Origin: an uncultured delta proteobacterium
GTDB taxonomy: Bacteria; Myxococcota; UBA727; VGSZ01
Direction of reading: 5' to 3'
NCBI GenBank assembly: GCA_963775425.1
Contig: CAVZJB010000007.1
Coordinates: 256,001 to 320,000 of the forward strand
DNA length: 64,000 bases
The notes beneath the pieces are model-generated. The model made no database searches. It saw only the letters and a program-made list of their open reading frames with translations, and was not told the origin of the DNA. Every line of letters begins with the position of its first letter. The first letter of the stretch is position 1. This document shows, one piece after another, positions 19,138 to 29,305 of the stretch. The position numbers were made by a program, and so were the translations under genes.

Positions 19138-20753
19138 AAGCAGGTGAAGTTCGTCTGCATCGTGTCGATCGGCGTGACGGTGGTGCCACCGTTGACGTCG
19201 ACGCGGGCGACGGTCCAGGCGTCGTCCGTGTTGTTGAAGTGGCCGGTCATCGCCTGCACGAGCGCCCCACCGACGAAGATCTTCACCTCGAGGTCGGTGG
19301 CGGTGAAGCTGCTGTAGTTGGGGTTGCCGCTGTAGGCGTGCACGAGGATCTCGTAGGAGCCGTTGGCGGGCTGATCGATGTTGATGTTCTCGGGGCCGAA
19401 GCCCTCGAGGTCGTCGATGTCGAGGCTCGGGTCGCCCGCGGTCTGTCCGGGCTGGCCGTCCCAGTCGAGCGACGAGTAGGTGCAGTCGCCGTAGTAGCAA
19501 TCGTCCTGCGAGCACCAGCCGGGGTTGTTGCCCCTGCCGAGGTGGAGGTCGATGTCGTCGACGGACGCCGACCACGTGAGCTGCACGTGCAGGCCCTCGG
19601 TGGGCACCGCGTTGAGCGTGATGGTGGCGTCGTTGGCGGACTGCGCGCCGTTGCTGTCGGTGACGACGAGGCTGATGCGGAAGGTGCCGGCGACGTCGAG
19701 GCCGCTGACCACGCCCGCGGCGCTGTCGAACTGGAAGCCGGTGTCCACGCCCGTGGGGTTCGACAGGCGCACGGTGGAGTCCGTCGGCTGCTCGACGATG
19801 TTCCACTGGTAGGAGACGATGGTGCCCGTCTGCGCCACGCTCTGGTCGCCGCTGAGGACGACGTCATCGAGGGGCTCCACCGGCGGCGTCTGCTGCGAGT
19901 TGGCCACGCCGTTGATGCTCTTGACCCGCGCCACCGCCGTCGGCGCGCTCGCGCCCTGCACGACGAGGGGCACGTTGACCGACGGGTTCTGGCAGTCGTT
20001 GCTGCCGATGATGAGGGTGCCGTTGAACTGCGTGACGCTCGACGGACGCGCGTAGAACGCGACGGTGGCCGCCGTGCCCGGCTGCACGAAGGTGGGCACG
20101 GGGAAGACGCTGGCGGCGCCGAAGACGTCGGCGGGCGTGTCGCTCGAGAAGCCGATGCTGTCGATCTCCAGCTCCTGGTTTCCGTCGTTTTGCAGCGAGA
20201 GCTGGCAGTTGCCCTCGGCGCCGACGCCGACCGAGCCGAAGTCGCACTGCGACGGGTTCACGGCGAGCACCGGGCAGCCGAGGTCCTTGCCGGTGGCCGT
20301 GAGCGCGATGACGACGTCTTCGCCCTGGGCGAGGTTCTCCGCGTCGCTCTTGATGATGACGTTGGCTGTCTCGTCCGTCTCCGTCTGCGGCGCGTACTTG
20401 ATGGTCACCATCTTGCCGATGGCGCCGGTGGCGCTCTCCACCACGTCGGGCACCGTGCCTTCGACGGTGAAGTTGGGCGAGCCGTCGATGGTGATGGACT
20501 GGATGTTCAGGTCCACCTGCGTCGGGTTCTTGATGACGAACGAGAACAGCTTGGGCCGGCCGATGCCGACCTGGCCGTAGTCGTAGGCGCAGTCCTTGAT
20601 GAAGTCCGTGGCGCAGACCGAGAAAGTCGCGTCGTACGGGTCACCAATTTCGATCTTTGGCGCCAGGACCTGCAGGGGCTCGCCACATCGGCAGGCGCCG
20701 AAAGCAGTGGCACCGAAGAGGAGGCTGATAATGGCGATCCGCGACGTCTGCAT
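19134..20753 (-). CDS. Lipoprotein with choice-of-anchor D/Ig-like, PKD and YfaP-like domains
   Basis: MQTSRIAIISLLFGATAFGAC lipobox; DYGQV/DFGSV Ig repeats; LTW..DDIDLH..DIDD..GFGPENINI. Confidence 0.85.
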   Translation of the reverse strand: MQTSRIAIISLLFGATAFGACRCGEPLQVLAPKIEIGDPYDATFSVCATDFIKDCAYDYGQVGIGRPKLFSFVIKNPTQVDLNIQSITIDGSPNFTVEGTVPDVVESATGAIGKMVTIKYAPQTETDETANVIIKSDAENLAQGEDVVIALTATGKDLGCPVLAVNPSQCDFGSVGVGAEGNCQLSLQNDGNQELEIDSIGFSSDTPADVFGAASVFPVPTFVQPGTAATVAFYARPSSVTQFNGTLIIGSNDCQNPSVNVPLVVQGASAPTAVARVKSINGVANSQQTPPVEPLDDVVLSGDQSVAQTGTIVSYQWNIVEQPTDSTVRLSNPTGVDTGFQFDSAAGVVSGLDVAGTFRISLVVTDSNGAQSANDATITLNAVPTEGLHVQLTWSASVDDIDLHLGRGNNPGWCSQDDCYYGDCTYSSLDWDGQPGQTAGDPSLDIDDLEGFGPENINIDQPANGSYEILVHAYSGNPNYSSFTATDLEVKIFVGGALVQAMTGHFNNTDDAWTVARVDVNGGTTVTPIDTMQTNFTCF

Positions 20754-21138
20754 ACGGTCCACCTCTGAGAGATTCCGCACGAGCCGGAAGCGGGTGCGTT
20801 TGTAAGGGCGTGAATCGCACCTTGCAATCGTGATCCGCCGCACAAAGTTCAATCAATTCAAGGTAGTAGAGGGTGAGACACCTACATGTGGGGAAAAGTC
20901 ATTACCAAGAGAAAAGCCACCTTTAGAAAGGTTTCGGCGGTCCCGAGATGTAGGTTTCGCCTCGGCGGAGGAGGAAGCATCGGACAGATGACCGATGCCT
21001 GGGAAGGCCGCGGAGGGACGCGGTGCTGCCGGTCGGGCCGGAGACCGCGCGTGCGCCAGGACACCAGATCAGGGGACATTGTCGGGATTCTGGCGCCCTG
21101 ATCGCGCGGCCGCCATCCACCGGCAGCCTGAGCCGCGG

Positions 21139-22740
21139 CTACTCGGCGGCGAGCGCGGGGGCGGCCGGGCGGGTCGACGGCGCCGGCTCGCGTTTCCGGC
21201 TGAGCACGGGATCGATGTGGACGATGCCCTGCTGGTTCACGACCACCCGCCACCGGTAGCTGGTCACGGTGCCGGTCTGGGCGTCGCTGCACTGGGCGAT
21301 GAGGTTCAGGTGATAGACCTTGGGCATGTCGGCGTGACAGAAGGTCGCGCTCTTGTGGTCGTAGTAGGCGACCTCGTCCACGGGATCGTCGAGCCGCTTC
21401 AAGATCTCGTCGAGCGACACGCGAAACAGCTCCTGCACGCCGAAGCCCTCGGGCACCGGGTCGTCGCCGCAGGTGAAGCGCACGGAGCGGTGGTACTCGA
21501 GCACGGTCTCGAGCTCGGGCGTCACGCCGCGCACCGTGCGGTGCTTGGCGCGCAGCGTGGCGACGTCCTTCGGCACCTCGTCCTGCTCGAGCCAGCGGAG
21601 CCGCTCCTGCGCGCGCCCGGAGAACGAGCCGAGGCCGGCGGCGGCCAGGGCGTCGCCGACGACCTCGCGGTCGTGGTCGTAGCGCAGGAGCCGCTTGCTC
21701 AAGGCGACGCGCACCCACTCCTTGATGCGGTCCTTGAGCATGTACGCGGCGACGCCGACGCCGATGAACAGCACGCTGGTGCCCGCCGACAGCCCCGCGG
21801 AGATGAGCGGCAACTGCGCCAGCGACGCCCAGGTGGCGGCGAGGCCCGCGGCCACCATGGCGGCGGTGTTCCGATAGAACGGGTCGCGCGCGTTGCCCCG
21901 CGTGTCGACGTAGAGCGCGCTCTGCATCTCCTTTTTCAGCAGCCCCTGCCGGTACGTGAAGTACTCGGGGGAGTCGCCCGAGGGCAAAGGGAAGCCCTGC
22001 TCCACGCGGCGGCGCACCACCTCTTCTGCGGCGCGCGCGAGGAGCAGGCGCAGGCGCACCGCGGCGCCCGAGCCGTCGCGCAGCGCGGGCAGCGTGTCGA
22101 CGACGGCCGCGAGCTCTGCGAGGCGCTCGTCGACGACGGCGCCGGCGAACTCCTCGGCGAACGCGAGCGAAGGCACCAGGGTGGACGGCGCCACCGTCCG
22201 GTACGCGCGCGCCTTGGCGCGCAGCCGGCGCACCGCGGCCAGCGCGCGGAGGACGTCGTTGCAGAAGGCCTGGACGTCGTGCTCGAGCGCGGTGACGTCG
22301 TCGCCGTGGCGCAGCGCCTTCATGCGCGCCGCCAGGGCGCGGGAGGCCATGGTGGCGGCGTCCGCCAGCTCGGCGCCGAGGCTCTTGGCGAGGCGCTCGA
22401 GCGACTCCGACGACGGCGCGCGCTCCTCGATGAGCTTGGGCAGCGCGCGCCGCAGCACGCTCGCGGGGCTCGTCTCGTGCTCGAGGTCGGCGAGCTCCTC
22501 GAGCTTGAGGTTGGGCGCGTGCAGCCGCATGTAGACGTTGATGTCCTGGTAGAAGTCCTCGCGCGTCCAGGTCTGCGACGAGATGCCGAAGCCGCGCGCG
22601 AAGTAGAACCACACCTTGGTCTCGTAGCCGCGCTCTTCGCCCTTCCTGCGGGGCAGCCGGAAGAACTGGCGCAGCTCCACCGTGCGCCGGTCGCGCGCGA
22701 CGCACTCGGGCGCCGTCCGGTCAGGGGCGAGGGCGGTCAT
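21139..22740 (-). CDS. Conserved hypothetical membrane protein
   Basis: About 533 aa with two adjacent TM segments; ATGA-coupled to the upstream HAMP gene. Confidence 0.8.
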   Translation of the reverse strand: MTALAPDRTAPECVARDRRTVELRQFFRLPRRKGEERGYETKVWFYFARGFGISSQTWTREDFYQDINVYMRLHAPNLKLEELADLEHETSPASVLRRALPKLIEERAPSSESLERLAKSLGAELADAATMASRALAARMKALRHGDDVTALEHDVQAFCNDVLRALAAVRRLRAKARAYRTVAPSTLVPSLAFAEEFAGAVVDERLAELAAVVDTLPALRDGSGAAVRLRLLLARAAEEVVRRRVEQGFPLPSGDSPEYFTYRQGLLKKEMQSALYVDTRGNARDPFYRNTAAMVAAGLAATWASLAQLPLISAGLSAGTSVLFIGVGVAAYMLKDRIKEWVRVALSKRLLRYDHDREVVGDALAAAGLGSFSGRAQERLRWLEQDEVPKDVATLRAKHRTVRGVTPELETVLEYHRSVRFTCGDDPVPEGFGVQELFRVSLDEILKRLDDPVDEVAYYDHKSATFCHADMPKVYHLNLIAQCSDAQTGTVTSYRWRVVVNQQGIVHIDPVLSRKREPAPSTRPAAPALAAE

Positions 22741-24269
22741 GCGCGCGGGATCCGCAGGGTGGTGCCGTCGGTGTCGACCTCGACGCCGCCGCCGAGGGGC
22801 TCGAGGAGCGGGCGGATCTGGGCGAGCGCGTCCCTGCCGAGGTCGGCCTCGAGCGCGAGCTGCACGCTGGTGTCGTCGACGGTGACGTCCACCGCGAGGG
22901 TGCGTTGGCGGCCCTCGAGGGCGCGCGCGCAGCCGGAGAGGCACGCCGACAACGCGCGCTGCACCCGGTGGCCGACGTCGACGACGAGGACGCTCGGCGC
23001 GCCCGTGACGGCGAGGTCGACGCCGGCGTGGGCGAAGCTGCCGCTGGCGTCGCCCTCGGCCTCCTTCAGGAGGTCGGCGAACGCGAGGGAGCGCACGCCC
23101 TCGACGCCGGGGAGCGTGGTGACGCCCGCCTTCACCGGGCCGCGGCCGAGCAGCACGTACAACGGCGGGACGCCGGGGCGCTTGAGCACGTGGACGGTGC
23201 CGCGGACGACGGCGCCGGGCGCCACCTCGACGTCGATCGGCTCGGGCTCGCCGTCGTCTTCGGCGGCGGCCAGGGCGCGCTCGAACGTCTCGGAAGCCGT
23301 CAGCTCCTTGAGCCGGCGGCTGGCGTTCGGGCCCTCGAGGCGCAGGACGGCGCGGGCGGGCCCGTTCAGGGAGAGCACCTCACCGTCGACCTCGAAGATC
23401 ACGCAGGGCAGCGGCAGGGCGTCGACGAGCTGCGCGACGACGGCGTCGGCGGAGCCGGCGTTGGCCAGGCGCCTGCGGATCTCGGCGGCCATGCCGTCGA
23501 TGGCGCGGCCGGCGTCGCCGACCTCGTCGTTCGAGCTCACCCCGGTGCGCGCCGCGAGGTCGCCCGCGCCGAGCGCCTTGGCGGCGGCGATCACCCGCCG
23601 GAGCGGCCGCTGGAAGCGCACGGCGGCGACGACGGACAGGAAGATGGCCAGGGAGATGGCGGCGGCCTCGATGTTGCGGGCGAAGCGCGTGAGGCTCTCG
23701 GTGGAGGAGCGCACGGCGGCGAGCGGCCGGGCCACGCGGACCACGGGGGTCCCGGCCTCGCGGCTCACCGGCAGCCGGGCGGCGGCGAACAGCGCGTCGG
23801 CGCCGTTGTCGGCCCGGCGCGCGGTGCCGCGGCCGGTGGCGGCGGCGTCGCGCATCTCGACGGGATCGCGGTCGGGGGCGGCGGCGGGCTCGGAGTCGAA
23901 GAGCACCTCGCCGGCGGGCCCGAAGAGGGTGACCCGGTCGCCGGTCATGTGGGCGAGGTCGCGGGCCCGCGCCACCCGATCCGCCGGCGACAGCGGGGCG
24001 AGGACGCCGGCGCTCATCTGGGCGGTGTCGAGGAGGTCGCGGGTGGCGTCGGCGACGAGGTCGTGCTCGAGGCGGGCGGTGACGTAGACGAAGTTGGGGA
24101 CGGCTGCGACGGCGAGGAGCAACACGTACGAGGACAGGAGCTTCGCGGGGAGAGGAACCCGGAGCCGGGCGAGGCTCGCCTTTCGCTCGGAGTTGTCGGG
24201 GCCGGTCACCGCGATCTTCACCTCTTGGTCGTCGCCCTCAGTGTATGACCCCCCACCCGCGCTTGCCAT
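22737..24269 (-). CDS. Membrane HAMP/PAS sensor protein (degenerate PhoR-like kinase)
   Basis: Two TM segments, HAMP (RPLRRV..GDL..DEVGDA), PAS-like region; no H-box or G-boxes; start uncertain. Confidence 0.75.
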   Translation of the reverse strand: MASAGGGSYTEGDDQEVKIAVTGPDNSERKASLARLRVPLPAKLLSSYVLLLAVAAVPNFVYVTARLEHDLVADATRDLLDTAQMSAGVLAPLSPADRVARARDLAHMTGDRVTLFGPAGEVLFDSEPAAAPDRDPVEMRDAAATGRGTARRADNGADALFAAARLPVSREAGTPVVRVARPLAAVRSSTESLTRFARNIEAAAISLAIFLSVVAAVRFQRPLRRVIAAAKALGAGDLAARTGVSSNDEVGDAGRAIDGMAAEIRRRLANAGSADAVVAQLVDALPLPCVIFEVDGEVLSLNGPARAVLRLEGPNASRRLKELTASETFERALAAAEDDGEPEPIDVEVAPGAVVRGTVHVLKRPGVPPLYVLLGRGPVKAGVTTLPGVEGVRSLAFADLLKEAEGDASGSFAHAGVDLAVTGAPSVLVVDVGHRVQRALSACLSGCARALEGRQRTLAVDVTVDDTSVQLALEADLGRDALAQIRPLLEPLGGGVEVDTDGTTLRIPRA

Positions 24270-24348
24270 ATCGCCGCCCGGAAGGGGCTTGCCACCGCGG
24301 CGGCGACCCGCTACCTCCCGCGTTCCGACTTCAGGATTGGTGATCGCG

Positions 24349-24600
24349 ATGACGACGCAGACGCAGGGATCGAACAAGGGCCGCACCCGCCGCCGCCTGC
24401 AGGACTACTTCCTTCAGAACAAGGGCACGGACATCGACTACAAGAACGCCGAGCTGATGCGGCGCTTCCTGTCCCCCGAAGGCAAGATCCTGCCCGGCCG
24501 CCGCACCGGCCTGACGTCGAAGAACCAGCGCAAGATCACCAAGGCCATCAAGCGCGCCCGCGCCATCGGCCTGCTCCCCTTTACCAACCACGACGCGTAG
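24349..24600 (+). CDS. rpsR: 30S ribosomal protein S18
   Basis: [40 protein letters not shown]. Confidence 0.97.
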   Translation: MTTQTQGSNKGRTRRRLQDYFLQNKGTDIDYKNAELMRRFLSPEGKILPGRRTGLTSKNQRKITKAIKRARAIGLLPFTNHDA

Positions 24601-24714
24601 CGAGGGCTCTGCTCTCGCACTTGACCCCCGAAGGACTGGACCGCGCCGGCTGGTCCGGCGACGAGCGGCTCCCAGCGTCGACGTGCCCCGCCGCAAGAGA
24701 CCGCGACCACGACG

Positions 24715-25178
24715 CCCTCCGGGGCCCTGGTCCTCGGCGCTCCCCGACATCTTCGGCCACAAGCTCGAGGGCGCCTGCGGGCGGGCCCGCACAGGTCCTC
24801 GCGCGCGGCCGACCCCGCGGACCTCGTTCTGCGCGGCCGGGCCCCGCGGACCTGCATCGCGTCCGATCCCTCGACTGGGGAGCGTGCGCCGCGGGACGGC
24901 GGCGGAGGCTCCCCGGAGCGCCTCGCGCACGGGGGCGGTCGTGGCTTCCGCGGGGTCACCCTTGTACGCGAGCGCGAGGAGGAGCCGGAGTCGCCGGCCA
25001 AGGCGTGCGCGGTCCGTCGACGTGGGGGTGACGCGGAGCCCGAGGGTGTTTCGACGAGGAGCGCCGCCGGCCGGGGCGGCGGCGAGGGCTCTGCCGAAGG
25101 GGGCCCGCCCGCAGGCGCCCTTGAGCTTGTGGATGCGGCGACGTCCGGGGAGCGCCGAGGACCAGGGCCCCCGGAGGG
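24715..25178. repeat. Element bounded by ~75-bp imperfect inverted repeats (MITE-like or structured RNA)
   Basis: 24715-24788 is the near reverse complement of 25101-25178; inner stems also present. Confidence 0.8.
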
Positions 25179-25230
25179 AGAGGCCTCGTCGCCGCACCAG
25201 GCGGCGCGGCCCGCTCACCCTCGGGGTTGC

Positions 25231-28200
25231 CTACTCGCCCTCGCCCTCGCCTTCGCCTTCGCCCTCGCCCTCGCCGGCGCTCGGGCCGATCGCGATGCCA
25301 GCGAACTGGTCGACGTCGCAGGTCTCGGCGTCGAAGGTCGGGTCGAAGTTGTTGAACGCCTGGTTCTGGTTGCCGCAGAGGAAGACGCCGCAGAGCTGGT
25401 TGTTGGCGACGTCACAGCCCTGATCACCCTGGAAGCCGTCGAGGTCCTGGATGAGGTCGTCGATCTGGCCCTCGTCGAGCTGCGGGTTGTTGGCGATCTC
25501 GACCACGCCGCGATCGCCCTGGGCGTTGTTGCCGCCCTCGCTCTCGAGGTTGGGGTTGGCGTTGCCGACGTTGGTGAGCGCGATGAGGCCGGCGTCGTCG
25601 GCCTGGTCCGCGACGTCCTGCGTGCCGCCGTCGATGAGGACCGTATCGAGCTTGGGGTTGTTGTCGATGGCCAACGCCAGGCCGATGAACGTCACGCTCT
25701 CGAGCCCCTTGAGCGACTCGAGGTTGGCGTTGTTGCGGATGCGCAGGGCGTCCCCGACCGTCGCGAGGTTCATGCCCACCGCGTTGCCGCCGACGTCGTG
25801 GGTGAGGTCGGTGAGCCCGTCCATCAGCGCCACCTCGAAGCTGCCGCCCACCGCGCCGAGCGCGTCGAGCTTCAGCTCGTCGACGCTGCCGTCGCGGGCG
25901 AGGAGGAAGTCGCCGCCCACGGTCTGCACGCCGTCGAGGCCGTCGACGTTGGCGAGCAGGGCGTCGTCGCTCACGATGAAGTCGCCGGTGCCCTGCGCGA
26001 TGTCACCGACGGTGTTGAGGTTGGCGAGCGAGTCCACGTTGACGAGCTTGGGCAGGAACGTGAGCTCGAAGTCGTCGCCGACGCTCTGCAGGTTGTTCAA
26101 CGTGAGGTTGGCGAGCTTGGCGTCGCGCGTGAGCACGAGGTCGGCGTCGACGGAGCCGAGCCCGAGCAGGTTGACGGTGACCAGCTCCGGCAGGTCGTGG
26201 AAGAACACGGCGCCGGCGGTGCCGAGGTTGTTGGAGCCGTCGATGGTGTCGAGCTGACCCGACGCCGTGATCTCGAATTTGCCGCCGATGTCCTGCAGCG
26301 CGGTGAAGCCCACGTCCTGGAGGCTGTCGTTGAACGCGATCAGGACGTCGCCGCCGATGTTGGTGACGTTGTCGAGGTTGAGCGCGCCGAGCTGGTTGTT
26401 GCCCGCGTCGATGGGAGCGTCGTTGCCGTTCTTGATGGCGCCGATGTTGAGGCTGCCGCCGATGTTGGTGACGTCGAGGCCCTGCAGGTCGTTGAAGTCC
26501 TCGGCCACGATGGTGACGTCGCCGGCCACGGCGCCGAGCTGCCCCGCGAGGGACGACAGGTTGTCGAGGTTGTTGTTGAAGCCCACGGCGAAGCCGCCGG
26601 CGCCCAGGGCGTTGGTGCCCAGGCCGTTGAAGGAGTCGAAGTTGTTGTTGCCGCCGGCCTTGAAGTTGCCGTTCTTGTCGATGCTGAGGCCGACGACGAG
26701 GCCGCCGAGGGTGGTGACGCTCTGGAAGCCGTCGAGGTCGTTGAGGTCGCTGTCGTGCATGATCAGCCGGCCGTTGACCGTGGTGAGCGCGTCGGCGAGA
26801 CGCATGCTGCCCGTGTCCGAGAACGCCACGATCACGTCCTTGCCGACGGTGGTGAGCGCGGGCAGCGAGTCGTTGCCCGCGTTTTGCGGGTCGAGGTCCA
26901 CGGTGACGCGCGGGTCGAAGGCCTGATCGTCGGCGGTGTCGAAAAGGCCGTCGGGGCCGGCGGCGAACAGCGTGTCGAGCACCTGGTCGTCGTTGCCGAA
27001 GATCTCGCCGATGGAGAAGGTGCCGCCGATGGTTGCGAGCGCGTCCGCGCCCTTGAAGTCGTCGAGGTTGCTGCCGAGGATGACGAGGTCGCCGCCGATG
27101 GCGGGCAGCGCGTCGAGCCCCTGGAAGTCCTTGAGCTTGTCGTTGAAGCCGAGCACCAGGCTGCCGGTGAGCGTGGTGAGGTTGTTCAAGCCCTGGAGGT
27201 CCTCGAGGTTCTTGTTGCCCGCGGGGCGCGGCTCTTTGAACGCGTCGAAGAACACGCCGACGAAGAGCGAGCCGTTGAGGGTCTGGAGGCCGTCGTTCTG
27301 GCCGTCGTTGCCGCCGTCGCCCTCGAGGCCCGAGAGGTCCTGCAGCGAGTCGTTGCCGGCGATGAAGATGTTCCCCGTGAGCTCCGGCATGTCGTCGAGG
27401 CCGGCCAGGGTGGTCATGGCGGGGTTGAAGCCGATGAAGATGTCACCGTTGGTGACGGTGGTGAGGTTGTCGAGGCCGGTGAGGTCCTGCAGCCCGGCGT
27501 TGCCCGCGGGGATGATGTTGTTGTCGTCGTCGAAGTCGATGCCGATGGCGAGCGCCTGCGCCGCCTTGCCGTCGTTGTCGATCTTGTCGAGGGTCTCGAG
27601 GCCGGTGAAGTCCGTGAGCGAGTCGTTGCCGAACACCCGCACGAAGCCGAAGATCTCGTCGAGCTGCGTGAAGCCGGCAAAGCCCGTGAACGCCGGGTTG
27701 TTGCCGACGATCAGGTTGCCCGCGTTGTCGGCCTTGCCCGCGAAGCGCGCGTCGTCGCGGATGCGCTCGAGGGCGGGGAAGGTGAGGTTCGACAGGGCGG
27801 CGTTGTCGAGCACCGTGATGTCACCGGTGGCCTCGACGACCGCCGGGAACGTGGCCGCGGTGAGGGCGGGGTTGCCGATGATGCCGATGCCGTAGGCGGC
27901 GTTTTGGAGGTTCGGCAGCTCCACCGTGGTGAGCGCGCTGTTGTTGAAGATGAGCAGGTAGCCCTGATCGATCTGCGTGAGCGCGGACAGCGGCGAGAGG
28001 TCGACGATGTCGTCGGAGTTCAGGATGGTGACGTTGCCGACGATGGTCTTGCAGTTCGCCGCCTGCTCGAGCTCCACCTGGTTGGTGATGTTGACGTCGC
28101 CCTCGGTGTCCTGGGCGCCGGCGCACAGGGGGACGCCGACGTTGGCCGGGGCGCCGTTGTCCACCACGGTGTCGGCGATCTGGTCGGTGACGAAGCCCGC

Positions 28201-28284
28201 TCCCTGGCAATCCAACGGATTGCAGCCGAAGCCGAACAGGGTGAGGACGAGGACGAACGCGAAGGCAAGCAGGTGACGGCGCAT
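25231..28284 (-). CDS. Large lipoprotein with receptor-L-domain/LRR-like solenoid repeats and terminal (GE)7
   Basis: Lipobox LFGFGC; repeated L..L.GL..L..IGG.L.I..N units; Cys-capped ends. Confidence 0.88.
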   Translation of the reverse strand: MRRHLLAFAFVLVLTLFGFGCNPLDCQGAGFVTDQIADTVVDNGAPANVGVPLCAGAQDTEGDVNITNQVELEQAANCKTIVGNVTILNSDDIVDLSPLSALTQIDQGYLLIFNNSALTTVELPNLQNAAYGIGIIGNPALTAATFPAVVEATGDITVLDNAALSNLTFPALERIRDDARFAGKADNAGNLIVGNNPAFTGFAGFTQLDEIFGFVRVFGNDSLTDFTGLETLDKIDNDGKAAQALAIGIDFDDDNNIIPAGNAGLQDLTGLDNLTTVTNGDIFIGFNPAMTTLAGLDDMPELTGNIFIAGNDSLQDLSGLEGDGGNDGQNDGLQTLNGSLFVGVFFDAFKEPRPAGNKNLEDLQGLNNLTTLTGSLVLGFNDKLKDFQGLDALPAIGGDLVILGSNLDDFKGADALATIGGTFSIGEIFGNDDQVLDTLFAAGPDGLFDTADDQAFDPRVTVDLDPQNAGNDSLPALTTVGKDVIVAFSDTGSMRLADALTTVNGRLIMHDSDLNDLDGFQSVTTLGGLVVGLSIDKNGNFKAGGNNNFDSFNGLGTNALGAGGFAVGFNNNLDNLSSLAGQLGAVAGDVTIVAEDFNDLQGLDVTNIGGSLNIGAIKNGNDAPIDAGNNQLGALNLDNVTNIGGDVLIAFNDSLQDVGFTALQDIGGKFEITASGQLDTIDGSNNLGTAGAVFFHDLPELVTVNLLGLGSVDADLVLTRDAKLANLTLNNLQSVGDDFELTFLPKLVNVDSLANLNTVGDIAQGTGDFIVSDDALLANVDGLDGVQTVGGDFLLARDGSVDELKLDALGAVGGSFEVALMDGLTDLTHDVGGNAVGMNLATVGDALRIRNNANLESLKGLESVTFIGLALAIDNNPKLDTVLIDGGTQDVADQADDAGLIALTNVGNANPNLESEGGNNAQGDRGVVEIANNPQLDEGQIDDLIQDLDGFQGDQGCDVANNQLCGVFLCGNQNQAFNNFDPTFDAETCDVDQFAGIAIGPSAGEGEGEGEGEGEGE

Positions 28285-28318
28285 GGGGGACCCTCTGGGG
28301 GGCCCGAATGTAGCACGC

Positions 28319-29296
28319 TCACGAGCTCGCGAGGACGTACGAAAAGACCAAGGGCGCGACGATGGTGGCGTCGGACTCGATGATGAATTTCGGGCCCTTG
28401 GCCTCGAGCTTGCCCCAGGTGATCTTCTCGTTGGGGACGGCGCCCGAGTAGCTGCCGTACGACGTGGTGCTGTCCGAGATCTGGCAGAAGTAGGCCCACT
28501 TCTTGACCTCCTTCTTGAGGTCCTGCGTGAGCATGGGCACGACGCAGATGGGGAAATCTCCCGCGATGCCGCCGCCGATCTGGAAGAAGCCGATGTCGCA
28601 CTTCTTCTGCTCCTCGGCGTACCAGCCCGCGAGGAACTGGAGGTACTCGAGGCCGGACTTCATGGGGGCGTAGCTCTTGAGCGTGCCCTGCATCTGGGCC
28701 GCCACGAACATGTTGCCGTTGGTGCTGTCCTCCCAGCCCGGCACGATGATGGGCAGGTTCTTCTCGGCGGCCGCGAGCAGCCACGAGTTCTTGGGATCGA
28801 TCTGGTACTCGAGCTTCTTGGTGCGCAGGAGCTGGTAGAAGTACTCGTGCGGGAAGTAGCGCTTCCCCTCCTTCTCCGCGATCTGCCACAGCTCGATCAT
28901 GTGCCGCTCGATCTTCCGCATCGCCTCTTCCTCGGGGATGCAGGTGTCGGTGACGCGGTTGAGGCCCTCCTTGAGGAGCGCCACCTCCTCCTCCGCGGTC
29001 AGCGAGCGGTAGTGGGGAACGCGCTTGTACTCGTCGTGGGCGACCAGGTTGTAGACGTCCTCTTCGAGGTTGGCGCCGGTACAGCAGATGGCGGAGACCT
29101 TGTCCCGGCGGATCATCTCGGCGAGCGACAGGCCGAGCTCGGCGGTGCTCATGGCGCCGGCCATGGTGAAGAACATCTTCCCGCCGCGTTTCAGCAGCTC
29201 GATCCACGCCTCGGCCGCATCGACGACGACCGCGGCGTTGAAGTGCCGGTAGTTGTGCTTGATGAAGTCGCGGATGTTCTCGTGGGTGTACGCCAT
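28319..29296 (-). CDS. Deoxyhypusine synthase family protein
   Basis: TMAGAMS, TGANLEED, PGWEDS, IGGG, SYSGA..NEKITWGK. Confidence 0.93.
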   Translation of the reverse strand: MAYTHENIRDFIKHNYRHFNAAVVVDAAEAWIELLKRGGKMFFTMAGAMSTAELGLSLAEMIRRDKVSAICCTGANLEEDVYNLVAHDEYKRVPHYRSLTAEEEVALLKEGLNRVTDTCIPEEEAMRKIERHMIELWQIAEKEGKRYFPHEYFYQLLRTKKLEYQIDPKNSWLLAAAEKNLPIIVPGWEDSTNGNMFVAAQMQGTLKSYAPMKSGLEYLQFLAGWYAEEQKKCDIGFFQIGGGIAGDFPICVVPMLTQDLKKEVKKWAYFCQISDSTTSYGSYSGAVPNEKITWGKLEAKGPKFIIESDATIVAPLVFSYVLASS

Positions 29297-29305
29297 CCGC
29301 GCGGA

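Noticed and set aside
20890-20970. c-di-GMP riboswitch or sigma54 promoter on the minus strand
   Set aside because: Only partial resemblance; the -12 element reads TTGG and the riboswitch core is not matched
24601-25230. tmRNA, RNase P or SRP RNA
   Set aside because: No tRNA-like ends, no GAGGAAAGTCC and no recognisable SRP loop
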